Source: a virus (lineage: Duplodnaviria; Caudoviricetes). Taken from it: a stretch of 64,000 nucleotides of DNA. Location: IMG/VR virus record IMGVR_UViG_3300029319_000001; one strand, 5' to 3'. Below, one piece after another: positions 11,685-20,081 of this stretch; the first letter of the stretch is position 1, and each line of letters opens with the position of its first letter. The translations under genes were made by a program, and so were the position numbers. A model generated the notes under the pieces. That model saw nothing but the letters and a program-made list of their open reading frames with translations. It made no database searches and was not told the DNA's origin.

Positions 11685-12604
11685 AATGTGTTCTTTGGGG
11701 TTACCCATTACATACTGATACTTATTCATATGTTCATGAGGGATTTAAAAAAGCATTAGAGCGTAGCGGTCATAAAGTTTACTGGTTTCATGATAAAGAA
11801 TATCCAGATGATTTTGATTACGATGATTGTGTTTTCTTTACTGAAGGTTATGCTGATAAAAACATACCTTTAAGATCATCATCTGTTTATTATGTGCATG
11901 TATGTGTTAATCCTCAGAAGTATCTTGGTAATGTAAGGAAACTAATTGATGTTCGTTATCATCAAGATAGTATGGACAATGATAACTATGAGTTTCATCA
12001 TGATCTTAATGATTTTGAGGAGTTAGAGACTGGAGTTTGTATTGATAGAAGAGAGTCACAGGTACAAGGATATGATATAACATATCTTGCTTGGGCAACT
12101 GATCTTATGCCAGAAGAATTTGATGAGGACTGGGTAAATATTGAAAGAGAAAAAATATATTATCATATCGGTAGTGTGTCAGCAGATGGTCGTTTTAAGA
12201 ACGCACACCTGATACAAGAATTTGGACAAATGTGTGCTAAAATAGATGTGAAGACTGCATGGTCTAATCCTTGGACTAATCCTCTTGAAGGTGATGTCAT
12301 GAGAGATCTTATGCAAAAGTCTTTCTTGTCTCCTGACTTGAGGAATGATACCCATAAGAGATGGGGTACTAAAACTTGTAGATTATTTAAGACTATGAGT
12401 TATGGTAATTTAGGATTAACTAACTCACCTAAACTTGCTGAGTTTGCTGGTCCTGAGGTCATCTGTAAAGAAAGCATTCCAGAATTATTTGAAGAAGGTC
12501 TTCGTCATATGAATGACAAGGAACTTATTCTTAGGCAGATGCGACACACAAAAAAGCATCATACATATGTTAATCGTATTAATGGACTCTTGAGATTGTT
12601 ATGA
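11681..12604 (+). CDS. Putative glycosyltransferase (GT-B-like)
   Basis: HTDTYSYVHEGF start, CRLFKTMSYG, HTYVNRI ending; position in glycan cluster. Confidence 0.5.
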   Translation: MKCVLWGYPLHTDTYSYVHEGFKKALERSGHKVYWFHDKEYPDDFDYDDCVFFTEGYADKNIPLRSSSVYYVHVCVNPQKYLGNVRKLIDVRYHQDSMDNDNYEFHHDLNDFEELETGVCIDRRESQVQGYDITYLAWATDLMPEEFDEDWVNIEREKIYYHIGSVSADGRFKNAHLIQEFGQMCAKIDVKTAWSNPWTNPLEGDVMRDLMQKSFLSPDLRNDTHKRWGTKTCRLFKTMSYGNLGLTNSPKLAEFAGPEVICKESIPELFEEGLRHMNDKELILRQMRHTKKHHTYVNRINGLLRLL

Positions 12605-13440
12605 CAAAACTTAGTTTTGGTTTCATCGTTGGTGGTGGAGACAGTTATTATAAAAATTTGATGAGAGCTTGTGAATCTTTAGAAAGAATCAAACAAGATC
12701 ATGAGATTGTTATCATTGATATGGAAGATCGTCTTTCAATAGATGATCCTAAGGTCAAGATTGTAAAGGCAACTCGTGAAGAACTTAAGAATGAGGACTC
12801 TAGAAATTGGTTCCAACCTCACATATGGGCAGAGAGATATAATCTGTTTAAACATGTAGAAACTGAACATTGTTTTTATATGGATACCGACACTGTTGTT
12901 ATCAATGATAGAGTTGATGAACTGATTGAAGAAGCACAAGATAATTTTTTATGTACTCAGCATTGGTGGGTGCCTACTCTTGCTGACTACATGAATAAAG
13001 TAGAAGTAATGCATGCTGGATTGTCTAAGTATCTTCCTGATAATAGACACTCATATAATTATGCATCATCAGGTGCATTCTTATTCCAGAAGGACAAGCA
13101 TGATCATATCTTTAATCGTTATGGTGAAATCTTTGAAGATATATTTAAGGATGGTGGAGTCCATCCTGGTGTTACTGATGAGTTTGTTCTTTGTTTAACT
13201 TTGAATGAACTAGGAGGATATCATTTTACTAACGGTGCATTCAATCATTGTGCTGCTGCTGATCAGCAAGACATGAAACTTATTGATGGTGTATTCTATG
13301 GTAAGAATCCACAAGAAGATGAGTATGAAAAAGTATTTTTATTTCATAGTGCATATCAAAATGTATCATCATTAATAACACATAGTCCTGGTTTCCATGA
13401 GGACATTAAGAAAGTTATGTACTGGGAGGATTATCAATGA
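12601..13440 (+). CDS. Putative GT-A glycosyltransferase (GT8-like)
   Basis: FYMDTDTVV DxD motif, YASSGAFLF, DEFVL. Confidence 0.6.
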   Translation: MTKLSFGFIVGGGDSYYKNLMRACESLERIKQDHEIVIIDMEDRLSIDDPKVKIVKATREELKNEDSRNWFQPHIWAERYNLFKHVETEHCFYMDTDTVVINDRVDELIEEAQDNFLCTQHWWVPTLADYMNKVEVMHAGLSKYLPDNRHSYNYASSGAFLFQKDKHDHIFNRYGEIFEDIFKDGGVHPGVTDEFVLCLTLNELGGYHFTNGAFNHCAAADQQDMKLIDGVFYGKNPQEDEYEKVFLFHSAYQNVSSLITHSPGFHEDIKKVMYWEDYQ

Positions 13441-14396
13441 AGATTGCTCTAATAGGTCCTGGTATTATGGAGATTCCCCCAGATGGTTGGGGTGCTGTAG
13501 AGATGTTGATATGGGATTACACAGTAATCCTTAGAGAACTTGGACACCGTGTTGAAATAATTAATACACCTGACAAAGAACTTATTAAATTTGAGGTTGA
13601 GCATGGTAAGTATGATATTGTACATTTACATTACGATGTCTTTACTGATATAATTCCTGATCTTATTCCCTTATGTAAGAGACTCATAGTTTCTAGTCAC
13701 TATCCATTTGTAAATACACCTCACATGTGGGGCAGAGATAACTATGGAATGATTGCTGATAAAATGATTCACAATAAGGATTTTACTATCTTTGCATCAA
13801 GTCAGAGAGATATTGATTCATGGGTTACATATGGTGCTAAGAGAGAGAACTGTTGGTTGAGTAAACTAGGTGTAAGACCTTACCCATATAAATTTGATGA
13901 GTTTGCTAGTTGGGATAGAACATTATGCTTCTCTCAAATTGTAGATCGTAAGCGTCAGTATCTTCTAGAAGATATAGACACTGTTGATTTCATGGGAAGG
14001 ATGGAGCGTGGTGGTAAATTTAAAAATACATCAAACTATAAGGGTGAGATAGCTAGAGAAAAATTGAATGAGTATATTACATGTTATTCTAATATTGCAT
14101 TGCTTAGTGAGGTAGAAAATACTACACCTCTAGTCATCAAAGAAGGATTAATATGTGGTCTAGGTGTTGTATGTTCAGAGACTGTTGCTGCTGAGTTAGA
14201 TACATCTAAACCTTGGATAGATGTCATTCCAGAGAAGGAAATAAATAATGTCGATACTGTTCTTGATACTATAGAAAAGAACAGACAAGTGGCTAAGCAA
14301 CATAGAAAAGAGATCAGAGAATACGGTATCAACGAATTCGGTCTTGAAAATATACTTGCTTATGAATATATTCCTAAACTTGAATCATTATTATGA
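13437..14396 (+). CDS. Glycosyltransferase, GT4-like
   Basis: IPPDGWGAVE, LLSEVENTTPLVIKEGLICG. Confidence 0.75.
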   Translation: MKIALIGPGIMEIPPDGWGAVEMLIWDYTVILRELGHRVEIINTPDKELIKFEVEHGKYDIVHLHYDVFTDIIPDLIPLCKRLIVSSHYPFVNTPHMWGRDNYGMIADKMIHNKDFTIFASSQRDIDSWVTYGAKRENCWLSKLGVRPYPYKFDEFASWDRTLCFSQIVDRKRQYLLEDIDTVDFMGRMERGGKFKNTSNYKGEIAREKLNEYITCYSNIALLSEVENTTPLVIKEGLICGLGVVCSETVAAELDTSKPWIDVIPEKEINNVDTVLDTIEKNRQVAKQHRKEIREYGINEFGLENILAYEYIPKLESLL

Positions 14397-15340
14397 AAAT
14401 TAGTATTGTAGGACCTGCTACACCAATTCCACCTGTGGGATGGGGAGCAGTTGAAAGTTTGATCTGGGATTACAAGGTAAACTTAGAAAGATTAAGCCAT
14501 GAAGTTGACATAATAAACATCAACAATCCCAAAGAAATCATTAAAAGAATCAATGATTTTAAACCAGACTTCGTACACATACAATATGATGATTGGATAG
14601 TATTATATCCTTACATACAGTATCCTTGTGCGTGTACAACACACTTTGCATATCTTGAGCAACCACAAAAGATGGATGCTTACAGTAGAATATTCGGACT
14701 CTTTCAAGATGTTAAACCAAATGTATTCTGTCTCTCAGATAGTATTAAAAAAGCCTATTCTATACTTGGTGGTATTACTGATGATAGGTTATTTGTTGTC
14801 CCTAACGGAGTTGATCTCACCAAGTTCCGTCATACAGATAATCCAGAATTCCCTGATCGTAGCATCTATCTAGCAAAGATAGATTACCGTAAGCGTCAGC
14901 ATAAGTTCCAGTCCATAGACAGTCTCTTCTTTGCTGGTAATATAGCAGACAAAAGATTTAATGAGAATCATAATTACCTTGGTGAATGGAAGAAAGAATA
15001 TCTACATGACTACCTAACAGACTATGGTAACCTTGTTCTACTATCAGATGGTGAAGCACACTCTCTGGTAATCATGGAAGCATTTGCTGCAGGGTTAGGT
15101 GTGGTTGTAAGTGAGTTTGCTACTGCTAATCTAGATCTTGATAAAGAATTTATTACTGTGGTTCCAGAAGATAAGATTGACGATCCACAATATGTGGAGT
15201 ATCTTATTAAAAAGAACAGAGAATATTCTGTTACACATAGAGATGAGATCTTAGAGTATGCTAAGAATTTTTGTTGGGCAAAAGTAATTAAAGATCATTA
15301 CTTACCTACCGTTCAAAAGGTGATAGACAATCATGGATAA
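14393..15340 (+). CDS. Glycosyltransferase, GT4-like (paralog of the upstream gene)
   Basis: IPPVGWGAVE, LLSDGEAHSLVIMEAFAAG. Confidence 0.8.
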   Translation: MKISIVGPATPIPPVGWGAVESLIWDYKVNLERLSHEVDIININNPKEIIKRINDFKPDFVHIQYDDWIVLYPYIQYPCACTTHFAYLEQPQKMDAYSRIFGLFQDVKPNVFCLSDSIKKAYSILGGITDDRLFVVPNGVDLTKFRHTDNPEFPDRSIYLAKIDYRKRQHKFQSIDSLFFAGNIADKRFNENHNYLGEWKKEYLHDYLTDYGNLVLLSDGEAHSLVIMEAFAAGLGVVVSEFATANLDLDKEFITVVPEDKIDDPQYVEYLIKKNREYSVTHRDEILEYAKNFCWAKVIKDHYLPTVQKVIDNHG

Positions 15341-16121
15341 AAATAAATCTGCATCAAAATTAAAAGATATTCCACACATTTATTGGATCAATCTAGATGG
15401 AAAGGAAGACCGTCGTGTTCGTACAGAACAGATGCTTTCTTATTGGGAAGTAGCAAACACTAGAATCTCTGCGTATGATGGTAGAGATGATGATCTTAGT
15501 GATATTGTTTATGGTAAGTATCCTGATAATATGACATCAGGTGAGATAGGTTGTGTTACATCTCATCTCAAAGCAATTCAATACTGGATGGAAAATTCAG
15601 ATGATGAGTATGCAATCATGATGGAAGATGATTGTGACATGGACTCTGTTAAACACTGGCCATTCACTTGGAAAGAATGGTTTAGATGGGCACCTGCTGC
15701 TTGGGATATACTACAGATAGCAGTTATCAATCCAGCGATACCTGTAATGCAAATTCATCATAGGTTTGTAAATGATTTCTCTACTGCTGCCTATGTTATC
15801 AATCGCACATATGCAAAAAAACTTCTAGGATTGTATGTGAAGAAGGGAAAATACAAATTAGATTGTAGAATTAAACCTAGGTCTGTAGCAGATGATTTAA
15901 TCTATAACAGTGGTTTGACCTTCTCCATGCCCATATTCATGTATAGATGTGACATGGGATCTGATATTCATAATCAACATGTGGATGTTTATCATCGTAA
16001 TTGTCACGATGCACTCTGGAACTTCTGGAGAAACGATGCTCCTCTAGTGGAGGACTGGAATCAGTACTTCGATTTGAATCCATATCTAGGCAAATTACCG
16101 CCAGGATTTGAAAACGCTTGA
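15333..16121 (+). CDS. Glycosyltransferase family 25
   Basis: YWINLD, ISAYDG, GEIGCVTSH, MEDD, STAAYVI. Confidence 0.85.
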   Translation: MDKNKSASKLKDIPHIYWINLDGKEDRRVRTEQMLSYWEVANTRISAYDGRDDDLSDIVYGKYPDNMTSGEIGCVTSHLKAIQYWMENSDDEYAIMMEDDCDMDSVKHWPFTWKEWFRWAPAAWDILQIAVINPAIPVMQIHHRFVNDFSTAAYVINRTYAKKLLGLYVKKGKYKLDCRIKPRSVADDLIYNSGLTFSMPIFMYRCDMGSDIHNQHVDVYHRNCHDALWNFWRNDAPLVEDWNQYFDLNPYLGKLPPGFENA

Positions 16122-16151
16122 CAAGATGATAGTAGTCTGCTATACTAAATA
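16118..16151 (+). promoter_or_regulatory. Overlapping early (TTGACA-17-TATACT) and late-type (CTAAATA) promoters
   Basis: TTGACA 16118-16123, TATACT 16141-16146, CTAAATA 16145-16151. Confidence 0.7.
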
Positions 16152-16154
16152 ACT

Positions 16155-16255
16155 TCATACAAAGGACTCGAAAGATCGTAACCCTGTGTGTATGCAAAGA
16201 CTCCCATGTCGGGGAGCCTAACATCCGCAGGATTTTTTTCTGCGAGAAACTAAAA
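16155..16255 (+). ncRNA. Structured 5' leader RNA, probably manA-type cyanophage motif
   Basis: CATACA/TGTATG stem enclosing a GAAA tetraloop hairpin, CTCCC/GGGAG hairpin, CGCAGGA/TTCTGCG hairpin; family name from memory only. Confidence 0.5.
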
Positions 16256-16260
16256 CAAAC

Positions 16261-16620
16261 ATGTCTATTAAATCAACAATCGCTGCAGTAGCAGCAACTC
16301 CTCTTCTAGTATCTGGTGCAGCTTTTGCTGGTCCATATGTTAATATAGAAGCAAGCGGATCATATCCTGATGGTGCTTATTCAACTGGTACAATCGAAAC
16401 AGTAGTTGGATACGAAGGAGAAACACCTGGTGGTCTTGGTTGGTATGTATCTGGTGGTCCTACAGTGACTCATACAGAAACAACTGATGACTTCGGTGAT
16501 GTAGAATTAGTTGGATACCTTGGTGGTTCTTACGATAAGTTCTACGGAGAGTTATCTGGAACAACTAACGAAGATGACATCGACTGGGGTGCTAAAGCAG
16601 GTGTTAAGTTCACTTTCTAA
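16261..16620 (+). CDS. Small outer-membrane beta-barrel/porin-like protein
   Basis: Signal peptide ending AFA, alternating beta-strand pattern, C-terminal GVKFTF. Confidence 0.6.
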   Translation: MSIKSTIAAVAATPLLVSGAAFAGPYVNIEASGSYPDGAYSTGTIETVVGYEGETPGGLGWYVSGGPTVTHTETTDDFGDVELVGYLGGSYDKFYGELSGTTNEDDIDWGAKAGVKFTF

Positions 16621-16642
16621 AGTGTAACACTTTTGATACAAT

Positions 16643-16678
16643 AAGACCTCCTTATGAGTAATATAAGGGGGTCTTTTC
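16643..16678 (+). terminator. Rho-independent terminator
   Basis: AAGACCTCCTTAT-loop-ATAAGGGGGTCTT followed by TT. Confidence 0.7.
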
Positions 16679-16707
16679 CATGTGTGGGTACCCGAATGTG
16701 TAGATAT

Positions 16708-16736
16708 TTGACAAAATTTAATCTTTGCTATATAAT
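16708..16736 (+). promoter_or_regulatory. Sigma70-type promoter of the hli cluster
   Basis: TTGACA-17 nt-TATAAT. Confidence 0.85.
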
Positions 16737-16765
16737 TATGTTACATTACTTAACAATTCAAGTTA

Positions 16766-16981
16766 ATGACTTCATCAAAACTAGTAACTGAATCAGGTGG
16801 AAGGCAAAACATTTATAGTGTTGAACCAAAACCTTACATAGATGAGAACATCTCTTATGAATCTTATGCAAAAAATGCAGAGAAAGTAAATGGTAGATGG
16901 GCAATGCTAGGTCTCGTAGCAGGAACTATTTCCTACATCGCTACAGGCAACTTCTTTTTCTTTGGACTCGCAGGATTCTAA
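16766..16981 (+). CDS. hli: High-light-inducible protein
   Basis: AEKVNGRWAMLG motif. Confidence 0.9.
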   Translation: MTSSKLVTESGGRQNIYSVEPKPYIDENISYESYAKNAEKVNGRWAMLGLVAGTISYIATGNFFFFGLAGF

Positions 16982-17031
16982 AGTTGAAGAATATCAAATC
17001 ACAATTCACAATTATTCAAGAGGAAAAACTC

Positions 17032-17139
17032 ATGACACCAGAAGCAGAAAAGTTTAACGGATGGATGGCAATGATCGGTTTCGTTGCAGCAGTTGGAGCA
17101 TATGCAACAACAGGTCAAATCATACCTGGCATATTCTAA
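17032..17139 (+). CDS. hli: High-light-inducible protein (35 aa)
   Basis: MTPEAEKFNGWMAMIG...TTGQIIPGIF; GAGG SD upstream. Confidence 0.92.
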   Translation: MTPEAEKFNGWMAMIGFVAAVGAYATTGQIIPGIF

Positions 17140-17253
17140 ATGAAATATTGGAAAGAAGCAGAGCAAACTAATGGTCGTCTTGCCATGATGGGTTTGCTTG
17201 CAGCCGTGGTGAACTACGGTTTTACAGGATGGATCATACCTGGTATATTTTAA
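17140..17253 (+). CDS. hli: High-light-inducible protein (37 aa, absent from ORF track)
   Basis: AEQTNGRLAMMG...TGWIIPGIF. Confidence 0.9.
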   Translation: MKYWKEAEQTNGRLAMMGLLAAVVNYGFTGWIIPGIF

Positions 17254-17299
17254 TTACAAAAGGTCTCTTACAATTCTACCCCTATTAAATCTAAGAACA

Positions 17300-17422
17300 A
17301 TGAATGACAAGCAATCAAAAGCAATAGCAGAAAAATTAAATGGTAGACTAGCAATGCTAGGTATCATCGCAGGTATCGGAGCATACCTAACAACAGGTCA
17401 ACTGATACCAGGTTTCGTATAA
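17300..17422 (+). CDS. hli: High-light-inducible protein (40 aa, absent from ORF track)
   Basis: AEKLNGRLAMLG...TTGQLIPGFV. Confidence 0.9.
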   Translation: MNDKQSKAIAEKLNGRLAMLGIIAGIGAYLTTGQLIPGFV

Positions 17423-17511
17423 TGAGAAGCGTACCAGTGCCCTTAAAAGTTGTACCATACATCTTCATGGTAGCAGTTATCTCTGCTATTCCTATGGGTG
17501 TACTGGTATAA
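17422..17511 (+). CDS. 29 aa hydrophobic micro-protein
   Basis: TAATG coupling to hli; MRSVPVPLKVVPYIFMVAVISAIPMGVLV. Confidence 0.45.
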   Translation: MRSVPVPLKVVPYIFMVAVISAIPMGVLV

Positions 17512-17513
17512 AG

Positions 17514-17521
17514 TATAAATA
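17514..17521 (+). promoter_or_regulatory. T4-type late promoter
   Basis: TATAAATA, intergenic. Confidence 0.65.
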
Positions 17522-17554
17522 CTTATTCTTAACAAATCTTAATACAACCATTAT

Positions 17555-17743
17555 ATGACGGAACTTGCATCTGCAAACGACATAACATTCTTCCAAGCAA
17601 TTATCTGGTGCCTCTATCCTATAGGAGCGTTAGTATTTTTTGAATTACTTCTTCGTGCATTAAATGACGATGATGATGATGACTTTGAAGGTGGTAAAGG
17701 TATTAAGATCTCGGAACCAATTCGTGTTCCAGTAGGTGCTTGA
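17555..17743 (+). CDS. Small membrane protein
   Basis: TM helix WCLYPIGALVFFELLL then poly-Asp. Confidence 0.6.
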   Translation: MTELASANDITFFQAIIWCLYPIGALVFFELLLRALNDDDDDDFEGGKGIKISEPIRVPVGA

Positions 17744-17767
17744 CATGAGTAAAAATACCTATATAAT
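17740..17767 (+). promoter_or_regulatory. Sigma70-type promoter
   Basis: TTGACA-16 nt-TATAAT. Confidence 0.65.
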
Positions 17768-17790
17768 AATATAATTATTTTTACTCAGTC

Positions 17791-17865
17791 ATGCAACAAT
17801 TATTTTTTCTAGCAGTAGTAGTTACCGTAGCGTCCACAAATGTCTCTCAATTCGCTTTTGCATAG
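17791..17865 (+). CDS. 24 aa hydrophobic micro-protein
   Basis: MQQLFFLAVVVTVASTNVSQFAFA behind a promoter. Confidence 0.35.
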   Translation: MQQLFFLAVVVTVASTNVSQFAFA

Positions 17866-17941
17866 TCCATACAGAGAACTCTATGAGTTCGGTTTCTTCG
17901 TTTGTATTGGCATAACAGCAGGAAGTTTTGGTATAATATAA
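17840..17941 (+). CDS. 33 aa micro-protein
   Basis: MSLNSLLHSPYRELYEFGFFVCIGITAGSFGII. Confidence 0.4.
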   Translation: MSLNSLLHSPYRELYEFGFFVCIGITAGSFGII

Positions 17942-17963
17942 TATAAGTCATAATAATTTTGGT

Positions 17964-18494
17964 ATGATCAGTAAGAAAAGAATACCTGATATGGATTTCA
18001 TTCTATCAGGAGAAGTAATAGACGATGGTGTTATAAAAGATACTTATTATTCTACCTCAGCATGGTTTGCTGATAAGAAAGTTATATTGTTTGCTGTACC
18101 TGGTGCATATACTCCGACATGCACTGAAGATATGCTTCCTAATTGGGAGGAATATTATGATAAATTTGAGAAAGATCTTGGTATAGATTCTATCTATTGT
18201 ACTGGTGTTAATGATGGATGGGTAATGAATGCATGGAAAGAATCATTAGGCATTGAGAAAATAGAAATGCTTCCCGATGGTAATGGAGAGTTAGCAGAAT
18301 CATTAGGTATGTTAGTTAGAAAAACTAATCGTGGATTTGGTAATAGGTCTTGGAGGTATGCAGCATATGTAGTTGGTGGTATAATAGAAGAGTTGTTTGA
18401 GGAACCAGGTAGAATGAATAATTGTCCTAACGATCCTTATTCTGTATCTGATCCTGCTCATGTCTATAAAGAACTGAGTAAAAAACTCCTCTAA
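17964..18494 (+). CDS. Peroxiredoxin (type II/Prx5-like)
   Basis: FAVPGAYTPTC peroxidatic motif, VNDGWVMNAW, DGNGEL, RSWRYA. Confidence 0.9.
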   Translation: MISKKRIPDMDFILSGEVIDDGVIKDTYYSTSAWFADKKVILFAVPGAYTPTCTEDMLPNWEEYYDKFEKDLGIDSIYCTGVNDGWVMNAWKESLGIEKIEMLPDGNGELAESLGMLVRKTNRGFGNRSWRYAAYVVGGIIEELFEEPGRMNNCPNDPYSVSDPAHVYKELSKKLL

Positions 18495-18517
18495 ATAATT
18501 CACTAATATAATTAATC

Positions 18518-18790
18518 ATGCAAAAAATTATTAATGTCATCGCAGTGTCGTCTGGTATTGTATCTCTTGCCATTGTTGTTGGTGGGGTATCTGTATATGT
18601 CAGCAGAGATGCCATCATTGATGGAATTAAATCACAAATTATGGGATCAGTTACTGAATCTCTTCCAGGCATTGGTGCATTGGAAGGAGCAACAGCTCCA
18701 TTAGGAGATTTCGCAGTACCTACTACACCTAAACCTACTGCAGCTGGTGGTGGATTTGGTGGTTTACCAACTCCTAGTAATCCATTATAA
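18518..18790 (+). CDS. Membrane-anchored hypothetical protein
   Basis: N-terminal TM helix, Pro/Gly-rich tail; CTAAATA at 18491-18497 upstream. Confidence 0.6.
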   Translation: MQKIINVIAVSSGIVSLAIVVGGVSVYVSRDAIIDGIKSQIMGSVTESLPGIGALEGATAPLGDFAVPTTPKPTAAGGGFGGLPTPSNPL

Positions 18791-19900
18791 ATGAAGATAG
18801 CAATTGTTGGTGCAGGTAACGGTGGTTTAATCGTTGCTCTGCACCTTTTGCGTGAGCATCATAATACTGATGTAGAGATTGAGATATACTATGACCCATC
18901 TATTCCTATTGAAAAGGTTGGTCAAGGATCTCTTCCAAATTTTACTGGTATTGTTTCTGAAGTATTAGATATTGATTGGTATAATAATCCAATAGATGCC
19001 ACAATAAAATCTGGTATATTATATGAGGGATGGGGTCAGAAGAAAGATAAATTCTTCCACGCATTCCCTATGGATTTTGTTGCGACACATTATTCTCCTT
19101 ATAAACTGAGAGAATATATGATTGAAAAAAATATATGTAAGTTTATAGAACAGAATGTAGAAGATTGTAATGATATAGATGCTGATTATGTTTTTGATTG
19201 TAGAGGAACACCTAAGGATCTTTCAGAATATGATACTATAAAGAATCCTTTGAACTCTGTTGTTTTAGGACAGAAAAATGAGGTAGATCATAATCAACAA
19301 TGGACTAGGGCAGTAGCAACTCTTGATGGATGGACATTTGTTATTCCAAATAAAAATTATACTTCGTATGGTTATCTTTATAACAATAAGATAACTTCTG
19401 ACTATGATGCAAGGAAAAGTATGCACTTAGCATTTGGTGTTCTTCCAGATACCACAGTAAATTTTGATAACTATGTTGCTAAGGAACCCATTCAAAACGA
19501 TAAGGTTATTCTTAATGGTAATAGACTATTGTTTATTGAACCATTAGAAGCTAGTGCTGTAGAATGTTATTTAAGATGGACTACTTTAGTATCTCAATGG
19601 ATCTTTGATGGTAGGTCAAAGAGTTCAATTCTTGAACAATTTAGTAAAGATATTTTTGAGCATCAAAACTTTATTCTTTGGCACTATGCTAATGGTTCAA
19701 AGTATAATACAGACTTCTGGCAACATGCTATGGACATGAGTAGGAATCATGTTTACGATGATCGTTTCTTTGAATACATTGAGGTTGCTCAATCAAAATC
19801 TAGGATAGAATTAATCGACGAAACTGAAGAAGTCACCTACGGTCAATGGCATAATACTACCTTTAAAAACTGGATTGATAATGTCTTTCCAACTTCTTGA
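18791..19900 (+). CDS. Flavin-dependent tryptophan halogenase-like protein
   Basis: GAGNGG Rossmann motif, VGQGS, GWTFVIP, FIEPLEA. Confidence 0.75.
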   Translation: MKIAIVGAGNGGLIVALHLLREHHNTDVEIEIYYDPSIPIEKVGQGSLPNFTGIVSEVLDIDWYNNPIDATIKSGILYEGWGQKKDKFFHAFPMDFVATHYSPYKLREYMIEKNICKFIEQNVEDCNDIDADYVFDCRGTPKDLSEYDTIKNPLNSVVLGQKNEVDHNQQWTRAVATLDGWTFVIPNKNYTSYGYLYNNKITSDYDARKSMHLAFGVLPDTTVNFDNYVAKEPIQNDKVILNGNRLLFIEPLEASAVECYLRWTTLVSQWIFDGRSKSSILEQFSKDIFEHQNFILWHYANGSKYNTDFWQHAMDMSRNHVYDDRFFEYIEVAQSKSRIELIDETEEVTYGQWHNTTFKNWIDNVFPTS

Positions 19901-19925
19901 CAAAACTTTACAATTCATATATAAT
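19897..19925 (+). promoter_or_regulatory. Sigma70-type promoter of psbA
   Basis: TTGACA-17 nt-TATAAT. Confidence 0.85.
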
Positions 19926-19956
19926 AAGGATTGCGTGGGTTTCCTCACAAAATAAA

Positions 19957-20081
19957 CTGCTCCCAACCAAGACCTCTGTAGGCAGTATAATACTTCGTCT
20001 TTTATCCAAGAGTAGAAGGGATTCTTGGAAATATGTTTCGCATCTAACCCTTGATGCCCTACATACAAATCGTCTTTTTAA
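19957..20081 (+). ncRNA. psbA leader RNA, PhotoRC-II-like
   Basis: Long psbA 5' UTR with CTGC/GCAG, CCAAGA/TCTTGG and GCATC/GATGC stems; family inferred from position and memory. Confidence 0.6.
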
